A stretch of 63,688 nucleotides of DNA, counting the filler, from Parasitella parasitica NRRL 2501 (taxonomy: Eukaryota; Fungi; Mucoromycota): assembly GCA_025201805.1 (NCBI GenBank). It is 5 parts of 5 records of this genome, joined end to end, with 100 filler letters (N's around TTAATTAATTAA, not from the genome) between each part and the next. Parts side by side here need not be neighbours in the genome. Positions count along the whole stretch, not along the records: positions 1 to 29,712 come from MU619352.1; positions 29,813 to 38,087 come from MU619501.1; positions 38,188 to 42,667 come from MU619532.1; 2 more parts are not named here. One strand, written 5' to 3'. Under the pieces are notes generated by a model. The model was not told where the DNA came from. It made no database searches and saw only the letters and a list, made by a program, of their open reading frames with translations. Below are positions 26,895 to 38,281 of the stretch, piece after piece (position 1 is the first letter of the stretch; each line of letters opens with the position of its first letter). A program made the position numbers and the translations under genes.

Positions 26895-28429
26895 ACAAGT
26901 GTAGTTGAAAGAATAGACGGTAAATTCAATTGCCCTGATTGTCGTAGTAGACTTTCTACTTCTAGATCGTTCAACAATCATCTTAAAAAAAACACAAAGG
27001 AACCTGTTCAGTCTTATCCAGAGCAGAGAAAAGACGCGACTTGGAAACAGACGACGACGAAAACATATCCTCAGTTCTTATAAAGCATCACAAGCCCAGT
27101 AAAGGGGAGATTGATTTTGGCACTGACAGCTCAGTCACATTTCAAACAAGCGCCCAATTTGATAATGACACCGCTGTTCTACTTGCCTGTAATTCACTAT
27201 CGAGCTCGCCTCGTATTCAAAACAACTGTGTCTTGGCCGCGAAAATTGGAAAATTGAAGCCTATTTTGTTGACGTCCTCAAATGGTAAAATATACCCTTT
27301 TCTCACAGCTTCAGATAATATAAATGATGTATTATCTGATGAACCAACTGGCACTTGGAGTCTCCCTACAGTGAACAAAAGAGTTACAGAAGGCTCTTCA
27401 ATTTCCACAAATGCAGACGATCTGTTCAAACATATCGTCAGCACAAGTCCGATCTACAGACACATAGCTGATCAACAATACGTCGAATTTAGCGAACAAA
27501 TTACTCAAGAAATAAGTAAGGACTGGGCCTTCTTTCCACAGCTTAGATTCGCAACGTCACAAATTTTCGCAGGAAGTATTCTGTTAAGTGGATCGACGGC
27601 ATTACTTATAAACTGTGTTGAATCTTATGGGAGGTTGAAGACAGTCGACTCGCATCACGAACGTAGAACAGGTTCCGCAACCCACAATTCTTCGTTCCCA
27701 AAAACAGTATCAAAATATGGACAGATAGCAGTTTGCCTGACCCAAGATGATAACACAAGTAAATTAAAAATTGGAGGGACAAGCTTTAATTTACTGGTGA
27801 CTTCAAGTATACGTTTAGACAAGCAAACGATAACAAATAATACAATCGAAATGGGACCGAGTACCAACAACTTTGTGCCACTGCCAAATACCAAAATTTA
27901 TCTTAACACAGATCATTTAAAGCTGGGAAAAATACTGCTTGAAGATGAAACAGCCACTTGTATTGATCAAAGTTATGTATTTTATCAACTTCGCCAGTTA
28001 AGATCGAAGTTTTACTGCCTGTCAACTTATTCGCTATGTCGATCTTTCAGCTCAACTATATCTGATATTTCCTATCGCCCGTACACCATTTGGACGCTTT
28101 GCGAATATGACTCTGCTCAAACATTAGATTCACAATCCCACAAACTTTCAAAAATGTTTCAATCGATTGCTTCAGAGGTTTTCAAAAATGGTTCGGCCGC
28201 CCATATCGAAGTGATGTTATTCCATAAACTGCATAACACCTTAAAAGATGGAGCAGTAAAAGATGCAATTGGACAAATCATCAACTTACAAGAAAATGGT
28301 TTAATTGTAGTTATTGACAACTTGAAATTGAGCAGTTTACTTCAGACTTTAGCAGACTCAATGACAACATCTTTAAAGAATTCAAATCAAACTGCTGCCA
28401 AATTGTTATCTCAACATCTATACAAATAA
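26714..28429 (+). CDS. Gene A: two N-terminal C2H2-type zinc fingers plus a ~460-aa domain of unknown function; 1-nt frameshift in an A8 run
   Basis: Exon 1 MTYLCQTCKTEF...YNHSYDVH; intron 26823-26892; exon 2 FNCPDCRSRLSTSRSFNNHLKK; 462-aa ORF 27041-28429. A8 at ~26985-26992 puts exon 2 one base out of frame (A9 in the other arm is in frame). Confidence 0.7.
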
Positions 28430-28528
28430 TAGTGATACCTTCAACATACTATATATCTACAGTTACTTCAATTGATCTGAATCATCAAATAAACCAAGCA
28501 CAAAAAATATGTAGGAGCCGACGTTAAG

Positions 28529-29264
28529 TCATGTGCAATTTTTTTGATATTGTATGGATTGTTCTGAGGTATGCCTCATAGTTGTTGATAAATGAATTAA
28601 ATCACCAAAATGAGAGCTAACCCTTTTGGAAACATTGATGAACCTTAATTCACTTTCTTTTTTATTGGGATTTACAAAATTTATAAAATGCATAAAATGC
28701 ATAAGATTGCCAGTATAATCACATATAGACTCCTGATGTCGAACTTGTCGGCTTGATAAACACAGTTTTATATTTCTATCTATTTGGACTTGGTGGCCTC
28801 CACAAACCAGTTGGTTGCTCTGCAAGTAAATGCTCAATTGTTTCTGGAGAGGCGAGCATGTAATACTTTTTCCCACATTTAGATGATATTGATATTGGTT
28901 TTAAGTTCCCAATATTGCTAAACAATATTTTTTCTTGATCAAGTTCTGTTTTATCTTGTGCATTAGAGGTAACTACGAGCTCTGTATCGCAGCCACAATG
29001 TAATGACGGCAAAGTAAGCGAATTTGAATTGAATTCATCTAAATTTAATTGCGGGCCAAGTATTTTACGATGCTTTATAAGAACTGAGGATGTGTTTTCG
29101 TCGTCGTCTGTTTCCAAGTCGCGTCTTTTCTCTGCTCTGGATAAGACTGAACAGGTTCCTTTGTGTTTTTTTTTAAGATGATTGTTGAACGATCTAGAAG
29201 TAGAAAGTCTACTACGACAATCAGGGCAATTGAATTTACCGTCTATTCTTTCAACTACACTTGT

Positions 29265-29299
<35 letters not shown>

Positions 29300-29445
29300 G
29301 AGCATAATATCTTGTCTAAAAATTCCCAGTTCCTACTTTTGTTTATGGTCACTTGTAGCGTATTCACATGAACATCATAGCTATGGTTATACAGTTTTAC
29401 TGGTGAAGGAAATTCAGTTTTACAAGTTTGGCAAAGGTAAGTCAT
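28529..29445 (-). pseudogene. Gene B: same zinc-finger N-terminus as gene A, then a diverged paralogous, truncated domain
   Basis: First exon and intron shared with gene A. LKPISISSKCGKKYYMLASPETIEHLLAEQPTGLW aligns with gene A LKPILLTSSNGKIYPFLTASDNINDVLSDEPTGTW. Stop at 28776; possible further homology in another frame down to 28529. Confidence 0.6.
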
Positions 29446-29458
29446 TATCTTCTTTCGA

Positions 29459-29540
29459 TGAGAGAAATAAGTGAGAGAAAAGTGAGAGAGAAAAGTGAGA
29501 GAAAAGTGAGAGAAAGTGAGAGAAAAGTGAGAGAAAAAGT
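29459..29540 (-). repeat. Tandem array GTGAGAGAAAA (reverse complement of the left array)
   Basis: Direct reading. Confidence 0.95.
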
Positions 29541-29620
29541 GATGCACGATACTGTCATTTTGCGGTTTCCAAAAAAAAAAAGTTCAAACAAATGATAAAG
29601 GTCATGTTGATTGTGAGATA

Positions 29621-29712
29621 CAGTGCGGCCGGGAAATATTGTCCGTTTTACAAAAATAAATGGCGATTACAAAAAAATATTTGTCGTTTACCAGAAAATA
29701 AATGGCGCTAAC
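29621..29712 (+). mobile_element. Probable Tc1/mariner-type transposon end running into a gap
   Basis: TA|CAGTG start followed by a repeated subterminal motif AAAATAAATGGCG (x2). Confidence 0.35.
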
Positions 29713-29756
29713 NNNNNNNNNNNNNNNNNNNNNNNNNNNNNNNNNNNNNNNNNNNN

Positions 29757-29768
29757 TTAATTAATTAA
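29757..29768. other. Artificial scaffold linker TTAATTAATTAA between N runs (also at 38132-38143, 42712-42723, 62007-62018)
   Basis: Same 12-mer, with stops in all six frames, centred in N blocks four times. Confidence 0.95.
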
Positions 29769-30056
29769 NNNNNNNNNNNNNNNNNNNNNNNNNNNNNNNN
29801 NNNNNNNNNNNNAAAAAATAAAAATGACCAAGACTTATTCGTATCCACGGTATTTTCTCTTGCACAAGTTTAGGTACTACGACGGTTTAGAGCTAAGTAG
29901 GGGTTGAAATTCACTGTGTATTCAAATACTTTGCAATGTCGCGTTGACTTTCAAATGACTACTAAGTAAGGTCAAAATTGATGTCATGCTCCATGGTTTG
30001 TGCAGCTATCCTAAAAGAACATTTTCTGCTGCGGTCCAGAATGGCAGTCGCAGCAG

Positions 30057-31979
30057 ATGTGCGTACAAAGCAACAAATTCTTTTCGTCTCAATGTTTTGC
30101 TCTTTATTCCTTTATTTACGAAATTGCAATGATATTTGATTGTTTCGCTATCTTTTTCCTTTGGTCATTATTTACAAAAGCACTTCCTTCGCTCCCTCCG
30201 CTTCCATCAGAATACAGTGGTGGTCTTTACACCATTGTTTTGAACATTAACCTCTGGGCTTTTGTGATGAGCGTACTCTTCCGAGGCTTTCCTGAAAGCA
30301 CTGGTTTTGTGCTCTATCAGGTATGCATTTTCTCTCGTTGCGCTGTTTTCCGTGCATGGCGCTGGATCCTTCTTCCTTGTCTCCGCAAGTTTATTTCCGG
30401 TTTTCTGTCTTCTGCGTGCTGCTCTGGCTCCATAACTGGGTATCCAGACCGTAGCTCAACTGTTGTTGTGTTGCGTCCTCTTTCTTTACGGCTTTTGGAT
30501 GCCATATTGCCAGTTGTTTGCCGCCTCGTTTCTGCTGTAGGCAGGAACGCAAGCAGAGGCGTAAAGACTGTGATTTCGTTGCTGTTTCGTTTCGGTTTTT
30601 CCGCTTGTGGTGGTGTCTCTGCTGCCTTGTTGCCAGTTGCTTGCCGTCTTGTTTCTGCTGTAGGCAGAAACACAGGCACAGGCTTTAGGTTTGGGGTTTC
30701 TGTGGTGTCTGGTGTTGGTGTTGATGTTGGTGTTGTTCACAGTGGCGTAACCATATTGCCACCTGTGGATGTTTGGATTGAATATCCCGGTGACGTGCTG
30801 GAGCGTCCTGACTCTCCCTTTCCGTTTGATGAGTCTCCGTTGCCTCATGCGTATCGATTGTCTCTGGATGTTTTGCCGCCTCTTGCTTCTCCGTTGCCTC
30901 GTGCAGCTATGTCTCCTTTCGCCGGTGTGCCACCTTACGTTGTTTTGACACGTCCTGCTATGATGTCTCCTTTTGTCCGTGTGCCTTCTGCTGTGATGTC
31001 GCCACCTACTGTCATGTCTCCCTTTGTCGCTCCGTTTCCTTTTGGTGTCAGGTTACCTCCAACTGTTATGTGCGATCCTGTTGTTGTGTCTGATGTGTTT
31101 TTCCCTGGTGGCATGTTTGCATTTCCTTGTTCTTTCGTCTCTGATGCTGGCAAAGGCGTAAAGTTTATGCTTTCTGGAGTACGTCGATCTCTTCGTCGTG
31201 TTGATTGCGGTGGTGGCAGTGCTCTTTCTGTGTCTGGTTTTCCCAGAGCTGCGAAGGTTTTGAAGAAGCCTTCGCCAAGCAAGCTTCGTCGTCTTGCTCG
31301 TGCCGCCTGCGCTGCAGGTGTTGTGAAGCCTGGTCTCTTTCGTTGGCCTGCTCCGCCTCCCGGTTCTTCTGCTCTTTTCGGTGTTTCTGTTGCTTTTGTC
31401 TTCGTTGGTACTCTTTCTCGCGGCCCTACACGTGCTGTGGAGCGTACATTTACTGTACCTCGCATGCCAGCTCCCAGCCGTGTAGTAAAAACAACTCGGG
31501 ACATTGCTGTAGCCCGTCGCCTCCGTCTTATTGCGCGCAAGCTTGTGGCAAGGCTAAAAGCAGCTCGCATTGTGGCTCCTGCCAGGGGTAATTGCTGGGT
31601 TTCTCCTGCTGGCGCCCCGCGTCCATATGTTTCCGTCCGCCCTGTGGCTCTGCCTTCTTCTGAGCTTGTCTCTCGCCCAGTGATTGTGCCTCGCCCTGCA
31701 GTTGTTCCTTGGCTTCCTGCTCGTGCTCCTTGTCCTGTTGCTGTCGGTTCTCGGGTGATAGAGGTTTCTCGTCCTCCTCTTGCTGCTGCTTCGCGGCCAA
31801 TTTCGGTAGCTCACTCACGTCGTCGGCCGATAGATGTCTCTCGTCTTCCTGCGGCAGCTGCTTCGCGGCCGATAGCTGCAGATCACTCGAGCCATCGGCC
31901 GACAGATGTTTCTCGTCCTTCTCTTGCTGCTGCTTTGCGGCCAATGGCTGTGCCCCACTCGTGGCGCAAGGCCCAGTAA
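30057..31979 (+). CDS. GC-rich orphan ORF (640 aa; hydrophobic N-terminus, P/R/V/A/S-rich, internally repetitive)
   Basis: Long intronless ORF followed by AATAAA near 32002; internal duplications; no recognisable domain. Confidence 0.45.
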   Translation: MCVQSNKFFSSQCFALYSFIYEIAMIFDCFAIFFLWSLFTKALPSLPPLPSEYSGGLYTIVLNINLWAFVMSVLFRGFPESTGFVLYQVCIFSRCAVFRAWRWILLPCLRKFISGFLSSACCSGSITGYPDRSSTVVVLRPLSLRLLDAILPVVCRLVSAVGRNASRGVKTVISLLFRFGFSACGGVSAALLPVACRLVSAVGRNTGTGFRFGVSVVSGVGVDVGVVHSGVTILPPVDVWIEYPGDVLERPDSPFPFDESPLPHAYRLSLDVLPPLASPLPRAAMSPFAGVPPYVVLTRPAMMSPFVRVPSAVMSPPTVMSPFVAPFPFGVRLPPTVMCDPVVVSDVFFPGGMFAFPCSFVSDAGKGVKFMLSGVRRSLRRVDCGGGSALSVSGFPRAAKVLKKPSPSKLRRLARAACAAGVVKPGLFRWPAPPPGSSALFGVSVAFVFVGTLSRGPTRAVERTFTVPRMPAPSRVVKTTRDIAVARRLRLIARKLVARLKAARIVAPARGNCWVSPAGAPRPYVSVRPVALPSSELVSRPVIVPRPAVVPWLPARAPCPVAVGSRVIEVSRPPLAAASRPISVAHSRRRPIDVSRLPAAAASRPIAADHSSHRPTDVSRPSLAAALRPMAVPHSWRKAQ

Positions 31980-32235
31980 ATTTTTTTTTTATATGTTTTT
32001 TAATAAAACCTGTTTAAATTATTTTTTACCTACTTCATGAATAATAAGAATTTTTTTTGTAAGCTGCTATATGATGAATATGGTGCAGAGTCATTGTACA
32101 TGAGACTAATTCGTAGAAAGCATTTTAATCGAGCAGAACTTTCGCGGATAGATTGGGCAGTAAGGCGAAAGCTTTGTATCTGGAAAACACTAGATTTTGG
32201 TCAAAGTCTTTTCTATTTTCTTTCTTCTTCCAGCA

Positions 32236-35200
32236 CTAGCTGCCAAACTCCCTTCGCTCCTTATTCGGCGCCGTCATACTGCCGCAGGTATTGCTGGTGC
32301 AAAGTATCTAAATATTGAATCAAAAGCTTTTTTGATAGAAAATGATAAAAAAAAGGCGACATAAATGTGTAAAAATTTAAATTTTTCATTCATTTTATCT
32401 TATACTCATCAAATTGAATTGCATATTACAACACTTCATTTCATAAGCTATTGAAAATTGCAAGTGCTTCATATTTACTGTAGGTAGCTTTGAGTTTACC
32501 GTGTAACGCTAACTTTTAGAAGTAAATATAGTGCCACATATTTCTTTGCAAGTCAAGGTTATTGATTATCAAGAACAAATTAATCATGTAAGTATATGCA
32601 TACTGCGATTAACCATCACAAATCAGATTTCGAATGCGACAACGGTAACGTTTTGTTTTGCAGGGTTATGAATTTGCTTTTACAAATGGCAATGAATTCA
32701 TGTATATGTGTTATCCCACTTTATACACAAAATAAAGTCTGTTCCAGATCTTTATTGGGGCGGCAGCTGCACCAACGAATAGACTTATGAGCAATGAACT
32801 TAGTCTCAGTTATTAATCATAAGTGGTACGACGACCGTTATCCATTTACACTTATACTGTATATATTAAGAATTTAATATGAAAAAATTTGATGTACAAT
32901 AATATTATTACATTTTTATTTTCTTAGAGGGTGGTTACATCATAGTTTAGTGGAGGCCATGTAAAGATACAAGGAGACTTGCTTATACTAAGATTTTAAT
33001 AGATAGGTAGAGGCTATACAAAGTGCTAAGCAACGATACGACTTATTGTTAATTTAGCAGAGATACAAGATTGGATAAGAAGTTCATGATAGACGACGTT
33101 GTCGACCATATTCATCATTGTTTTTCTCATTAAGCAATACCGTTTTTTTTTCTAGCGTCAGTAGGCCTGAAAAACGCCACATACAAATGTCCGTGCGCAA
33201 ACACAAGTTTGCGATGATCTATGTCTAATTTTTTTAAAAATTGACCCTACGCATTTTTTACAGTCATAAAAAAGCAAAGTTTGATTGCCTTCTTTAAATG
33301 TCTAGGCATAAAAACTATATAACGTCTACATGGAGACTCTTGGTATAAGATGGCACCTTGAGACATCACTCATGTTGGGCTTTGTTCCATTAAAGAGTCT
33401 GTCTTCTGGGTTTAAGTATCTTAGGAGAACGATAAAGGTACACAATTTCATTTCAAGAGTGACAGTAGAAACATTGCTTGCAGAGTTTAAAGAATTTAAA
33501 ACCACTTCGGAAGTAGAAAAGCCATTTGCATTGTGCATACCAGTATCACCAGATTTTTTAACATCAGCACTGTTTACAGCAAGCAATATGACCGTTTCAC
33601 CAGGAAAGCGCTTTAGAACCTTTTGACTGGTTTGAGCAACTGTACTGTTTAATGCTGTCAAGATAACACACTTGAAAAAAAAAAACATCTAAATGAGAAA
33701 TGGGGCTTTGCAAAGCTTTTTGTGGATGCACTCTGTTGACAAAAAGTTGCAAGCTCTTTTTCTTGTAGATTTATTCAGCGATAGGAGCTCTTCTGCTCTG
33801 ACTATAGCGGTTGTATGACCGTTGTTCTATCCAGATTTTGAACAATTTGCTTTTTGAAAGGAACTTATCACTCTCATATTGACGTTACTTGAGGATTTGC
33901 AAATGCCGCCACAGATAGGATTGCTTAATGGACGGATTAACGTTAGCTTGCCTTGAACCATTGGCAGAAACTAGTGGTATTTGAGCAGAATCACCTCCAA
34001 GAATAACTGGAGATCTGCTAAAAAGTTCTTAATCATCGCCACCAAGGTCTCGTAACGAACAATCAATGGTTTCAAAGTACTTTCTACGTTGAAGAAAAAC
34101 CTCTTTCCAAACAATAAAGTCAATCCTGTGCAGGAAATCAGCAATGTCGTCTTGCATTGGGAAAGAGCACATCGAGTTGGAGAACAGCAACAAAGTAGCG
34201 CTTTTAAATTAATAAAAAGTGAGAGATACGGTTATATGGCAACAAAAAAGCAGCAGTTCCGGTAGATGCTATAAATGCGCCAATATTGCGATTATTTCTC
34301 CAGTAGCTGCAATGAGCGTTGTATAGAAAAGTTTTGTCGGCTTGTCTAGGTCCTTGAAGAAAAAAATAGAGCTTGGCCATTGCTTAACGAGATATCGGCA
34401 GAAGAACTAAAAGGAACTCCCACTGTCTTTGTTATTTCAAGAAAAGCATTTGATCCAGTCGCAACTGTCCTGTATCAAATCCGGTGCCATATATGCTTCC
34501 TTGAATGGTCGGTACCCAATGCCATCAACAGTTCTCAAGTACTCAAATAAAGTGGCATCTTCGGCGATCGTCAAAAGCAGGCGCAAATAAAACTTTTCGC
34601 TCATTGTAGGGACACAATATTGCATCCTTCCATTCGGAAAGCCTCTAAATTGCTGATTTCATTCATGTAATTACCATTCGTAAACGCAATATTATGCTAA
34701 GAATTTTTGGTAATTGCAATGCCTAAAAGTCAACAAATGAGTTTTTATATTTAAACCAAGCCATAAGCATACTTGTGCTTAGTGAGAGTTATATGAATAA
34801 CGATTATTTCCAAAGACAATTGAATAAAGAGACTACAAGTGATTATATCACGGAGAACGTAGGGTCTTTATTAAAGATTGAAAGGAAGCCAGGATTGCGC
34901 TGGTCCTGGTTTCTAAAAGTCTTTATACAATTCTATTTGAATGTCAGTGTCAATATTGGAATCGATATGAGATTCAACCTTCAATTAATAGGCGCAAACC
35001 GACACTTCGTCTCATTTCATCCGGTATTTCAGCACCAGTATCGCCATCTTCGAAAGAAACTGTATGCTCATTTCGTAGGTGGACAAAACGCATGCTATAA
35101 GTGGGGTATTCTTATGAGTGGGAAGCTCAAGCAGTATCCAGGCGGCTTCAGTGGAGACAATGCACTTACCTTGGATGTAGTTAAAAATTTCAATAGAGTC

Positions 35201-35320
35201 AGAGGAGCCAGAATAAAGAAAGATCAATATGTGGCAATAATCAAACCATTGCAGAAGCCAAATATATTTGTGGTCTTGGTGCCACGAAGCATTTTTTTCA
35301 ATATAGCACTAAAATTCTAG
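32236..35320 (-). mobile_element. Decayed Helitron (Rep/PIF1 helicase pseudogene ~33160-35300) with a probable 3' terminus at 32236
   Basis: Degenerate motifs STEAAWILLELPTH, EKFYLRLLL...LFEYLRTVDG, GGDSAQ, VILTALNSTV, LLRYLNPEDRLFNGT, VFAHGHLYVAF. Minus strand ends GGAGCGAAGGGAGTTTGGCAGCTAG|T. Confidence 0.8.
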
Positions 35321-35999
35321 AAATTAGATTGGCCCTGTCTTTCGCGAAGGCTAAAGTATAGAGATACTGTGTATCTGTGGTTCCAAAAACCAGTTGCATG
35401 TGTATCGTCTAGTTTTATGTTTCTTTATTTTTGGGGTTTCAAAGAGCAAAAGATTGCTTAAAGAGTAAATGCATGCCTCAAGAAGACTTTTTACAGCCAG
35501 AAGGACTCCAGCTTGTTTATTTTTGAGATCTTTTGGTAAAACAATTATAAAGTTAGAGATAATGTGAAAAAAAAAATTTTTTTTTATTGAAAAATAGAAG
35601 ACAGTGCTATTTAGCTTCGTATATACCACTTTAACAAGTATACATACTACTAGACAAGATCCACCACGAGAAGGTAAACACTTTTGGATCTCAATCATCA
35701 TTATCAATAATGATAAAGTAGTTCGCATCTACCATTAAAGATTCAGACATAAAGATGTATTGATATATTGTAGATAAACCAAGAGTTTATGATACAGAAA
35801 ATCAATTTCTGGCGAAACCTTGCTTTTGATCAATCCTCACACATCGAAAATGCCACCGCTTGACATGCGACCTTTTCTTTCAGAATCGCTCGAAGGCGTT
35901 GTATATCACCAGATTTAAGCTTGTTATATGTGAGGATATGACTGGCTTTAAGGTGAGTATAAGCAGAGGTGATTAAAAAAGAAATGAGGTAATAACGTA

Positions 36000-36125
36000 G
36001 AAAGTAAAAAAAAAAAAGGAAAGAAAAAAGAAGAAAAAGAAAAAGAAAAAAAGGAAAAAGGAAAAAGGAAAAAGGAAAAAGGAAAAAGGAAAAAGGAAAA
36101 AGAAGAAAAAGAAAAAGAAAAAGAA
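36000..36125. repeat. Purine-rich microsatellite (AAAAAGG)n / (AAAAAG)n
   Basis: Direct reading. Confidence 0.9.
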
Positions 36126-37595
36126 TAAATGGAAAAAGGATAAAGCAAAGAGAAAGTAGGAAGAGAAAAAGTGATGAATTTGATGGGGGCCTTTTTGAAA
36201 TGTAAAGCAAGGAAGCACATCAAATGAAGGGCTTACCAAATTATCAAGAACAAAATACTTACAATACCAAGTCAGATTTTCTATGTAATAAAGCAGAGTA
36301 TTTTAGATACATTTTTATAAACTTTAACCTGAACTTACCATGAGAACTAAAGAGAGAGAAAGAAAAGAGAATTAAATTGAAAAATTTTCTCAACAATTTT
36401 TATACATTGGAGCACTCACATTTTGTGGCTTTTTGTGTTAAGTATAGCTGTAAGCCTACTATTCTACATAAGCAATTGGCCGACTTGTAATAATAACTCC
36501 ATATGCCACATTTACGAGAAAATAATGATAATCTGCGGTATTTTTCATAATTCAAGGACGGGATAATCGGGTGAATACAAGGAATAAAATAATTTACCTT
36601 CCTGGGAAATGAGGTTTTGTTCAACATTAAAATATGATTTTTATTCTGTGGTCTACTTTACGCTTAAATATAATGTCATCTTTAAATGAAATTTCCATAA
36701 GCGGCAAGTACTTAATTTCAGTTTCTGTGATACAGACTGACATTGCAACTTACTCTGTATGTGTTATGAAAGTAATAAATACTCACTCAACTCTTGTTTG
36801 GAAGCCGTCAAAGTTATTTCTCAATCTTCAAATAGAAAGAATGGAACGAAAGATTTCACAACGGCCGAGAAGTAATATTCCTGTGGGTATTAACACGGCG
36901 GTAAAAGGTTCAGTCTCTGAAGAGAGCTCCTTATTTTCTGCAGAAAATAGAATAGGACGGTGAAGATACCTTTATTTTTTCTGAAAATGCTTAGAAATCG
37001 ATTTAAAATAATGTTTCTGCCATCCTTCCATGATCGGAAATTAACATTTTTCTGCATTTTTCTTCACTTTTACTGAAGCTTTCAGCAAAAGGTTTTAGAA
37101 ATTTGATGTTTCTGTATCAGAAATGCACATTTGCTGTATTTTATGGAAATTAGTCTAATTGTTACAAAAAACTATAAATTTAGTCGAAAATGCTTCAAAA
37201 TTGTGGCAGGAGGGCATATGAACTGAGCATTACCTTGGAAATATAAATTGTATTAATTAAAAAAAGTTCTATAAAGTGAAGCGAGTATACAGACAATTGG
37301 TATCACATGTTTATTCGAAGAATCAGATATTGTATTTAGTGTTGCTTGACATTTCATGCCGTAAGCGTAAATGTGTTTATGCAAGCAGAAACAATCAATT
37401 TGCGGCAGTATAACTCGCAATTATATAGAGAACTAGAAGAACTGCAGGTGGTTGTTGTATGCTAATTCTCATGGGATGTGTTATTTAAGCGTCGGCTATA
37501 CACTAAAAAATATCAAGCTTTTTGTCACATGCATTCTTTATAAAATGTACTACATGGTGATGCTGCAAAATTTGACTATTCAAGAGACATCTATT

Positions 37596-37715
37596 TATGC
37601 AGCTAGACAGTAGAACCCTAGTGTATTGAATGTGTATATAATACATTGAGAGATTTATTATGAATAAAAGTGTAATTCTTTGGCAGATTTATTTTATCAG
37701 ACATTTGACATAACA
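37596..37715 (-). repeat. Dispersed repeat with LTR-like terminus (TGTTATGTCAAA...); copies at 40440-40493 and, inverted, at 60941-61060
   Basis: ~120-bp match to the reverse complement of 60941-61060; all three copies stop at the same ...TTTGACATAACA end. Confidence 0.75.
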
Positions 37716-38281
37716 AAGTGAACACAAACACACTTCTGAATTGAGGGTCAATTTAGCAAGAACATGTATTGCACACTATGAAAGATAAGCATAATTTGTA
37801 ATATAAAATTTGGTGCAATAAATTTTTTTGGGTCAAACACAATTAAAAGGTATGGTAATAATCTGAATCAAATAAATTTTTGCACTATACGTCATATTCA
37901 ACTTTAATGCGAAAAGAATAAGAAACAGCATAAACAAAGGTGCAGATAGGAGAAACTTGGGCATATGTGTATGTTGTATCAGATAAAAAGACTTGTGAAA
38001 CAATGATCAGTGATGTGTCAATTTCCCAACCGGAAGTCAAACTCAAGTAAACTCAATCCTGAACACAATTCAGGAACATATCCCAATNNNNNNNNNNNNN
38101 NNNNNNNNNNNNNNNNNNNNNNNNNNNNNNNTTAATTAATTAANNNNNNNNNNNNNNNNNNNNNNNNNNNNNNNNNNNNNNNNNNNNTGTGTAAAATCTA
38201 ATCACTGGTGCTTATTTTGGACACCTAGTTGCTAAAGCATCACCAGTAGTTAGGATTTTATCACACAAGTTGGCCATGGTG

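Larger units (their letters stand above)
26394..29540. mobile_element. Foldback-like inverted-repeat unit: arms 26394-27089 and 29069-29540, about 1.98-kb spacer, two convergent genes
   Basis: 26701-27089 is the near-perfect reverse complement of 29069-29458. Both arms end outward in (TTTTCTCTCAC/TTATTTCTCTCAC)n arrays. No TSD or transposase motif recognised. Confidence 0.6.

Noticed and set aside
34775-35320. 181-aa plus-strand ORF
   Set aside because: Antisense to the decayed Helitron Rep/helicase; no motifs
35830-36239. Phe-rich ORFs
   Set aside because: Translations of the (AAAAAGG)n microsatellite
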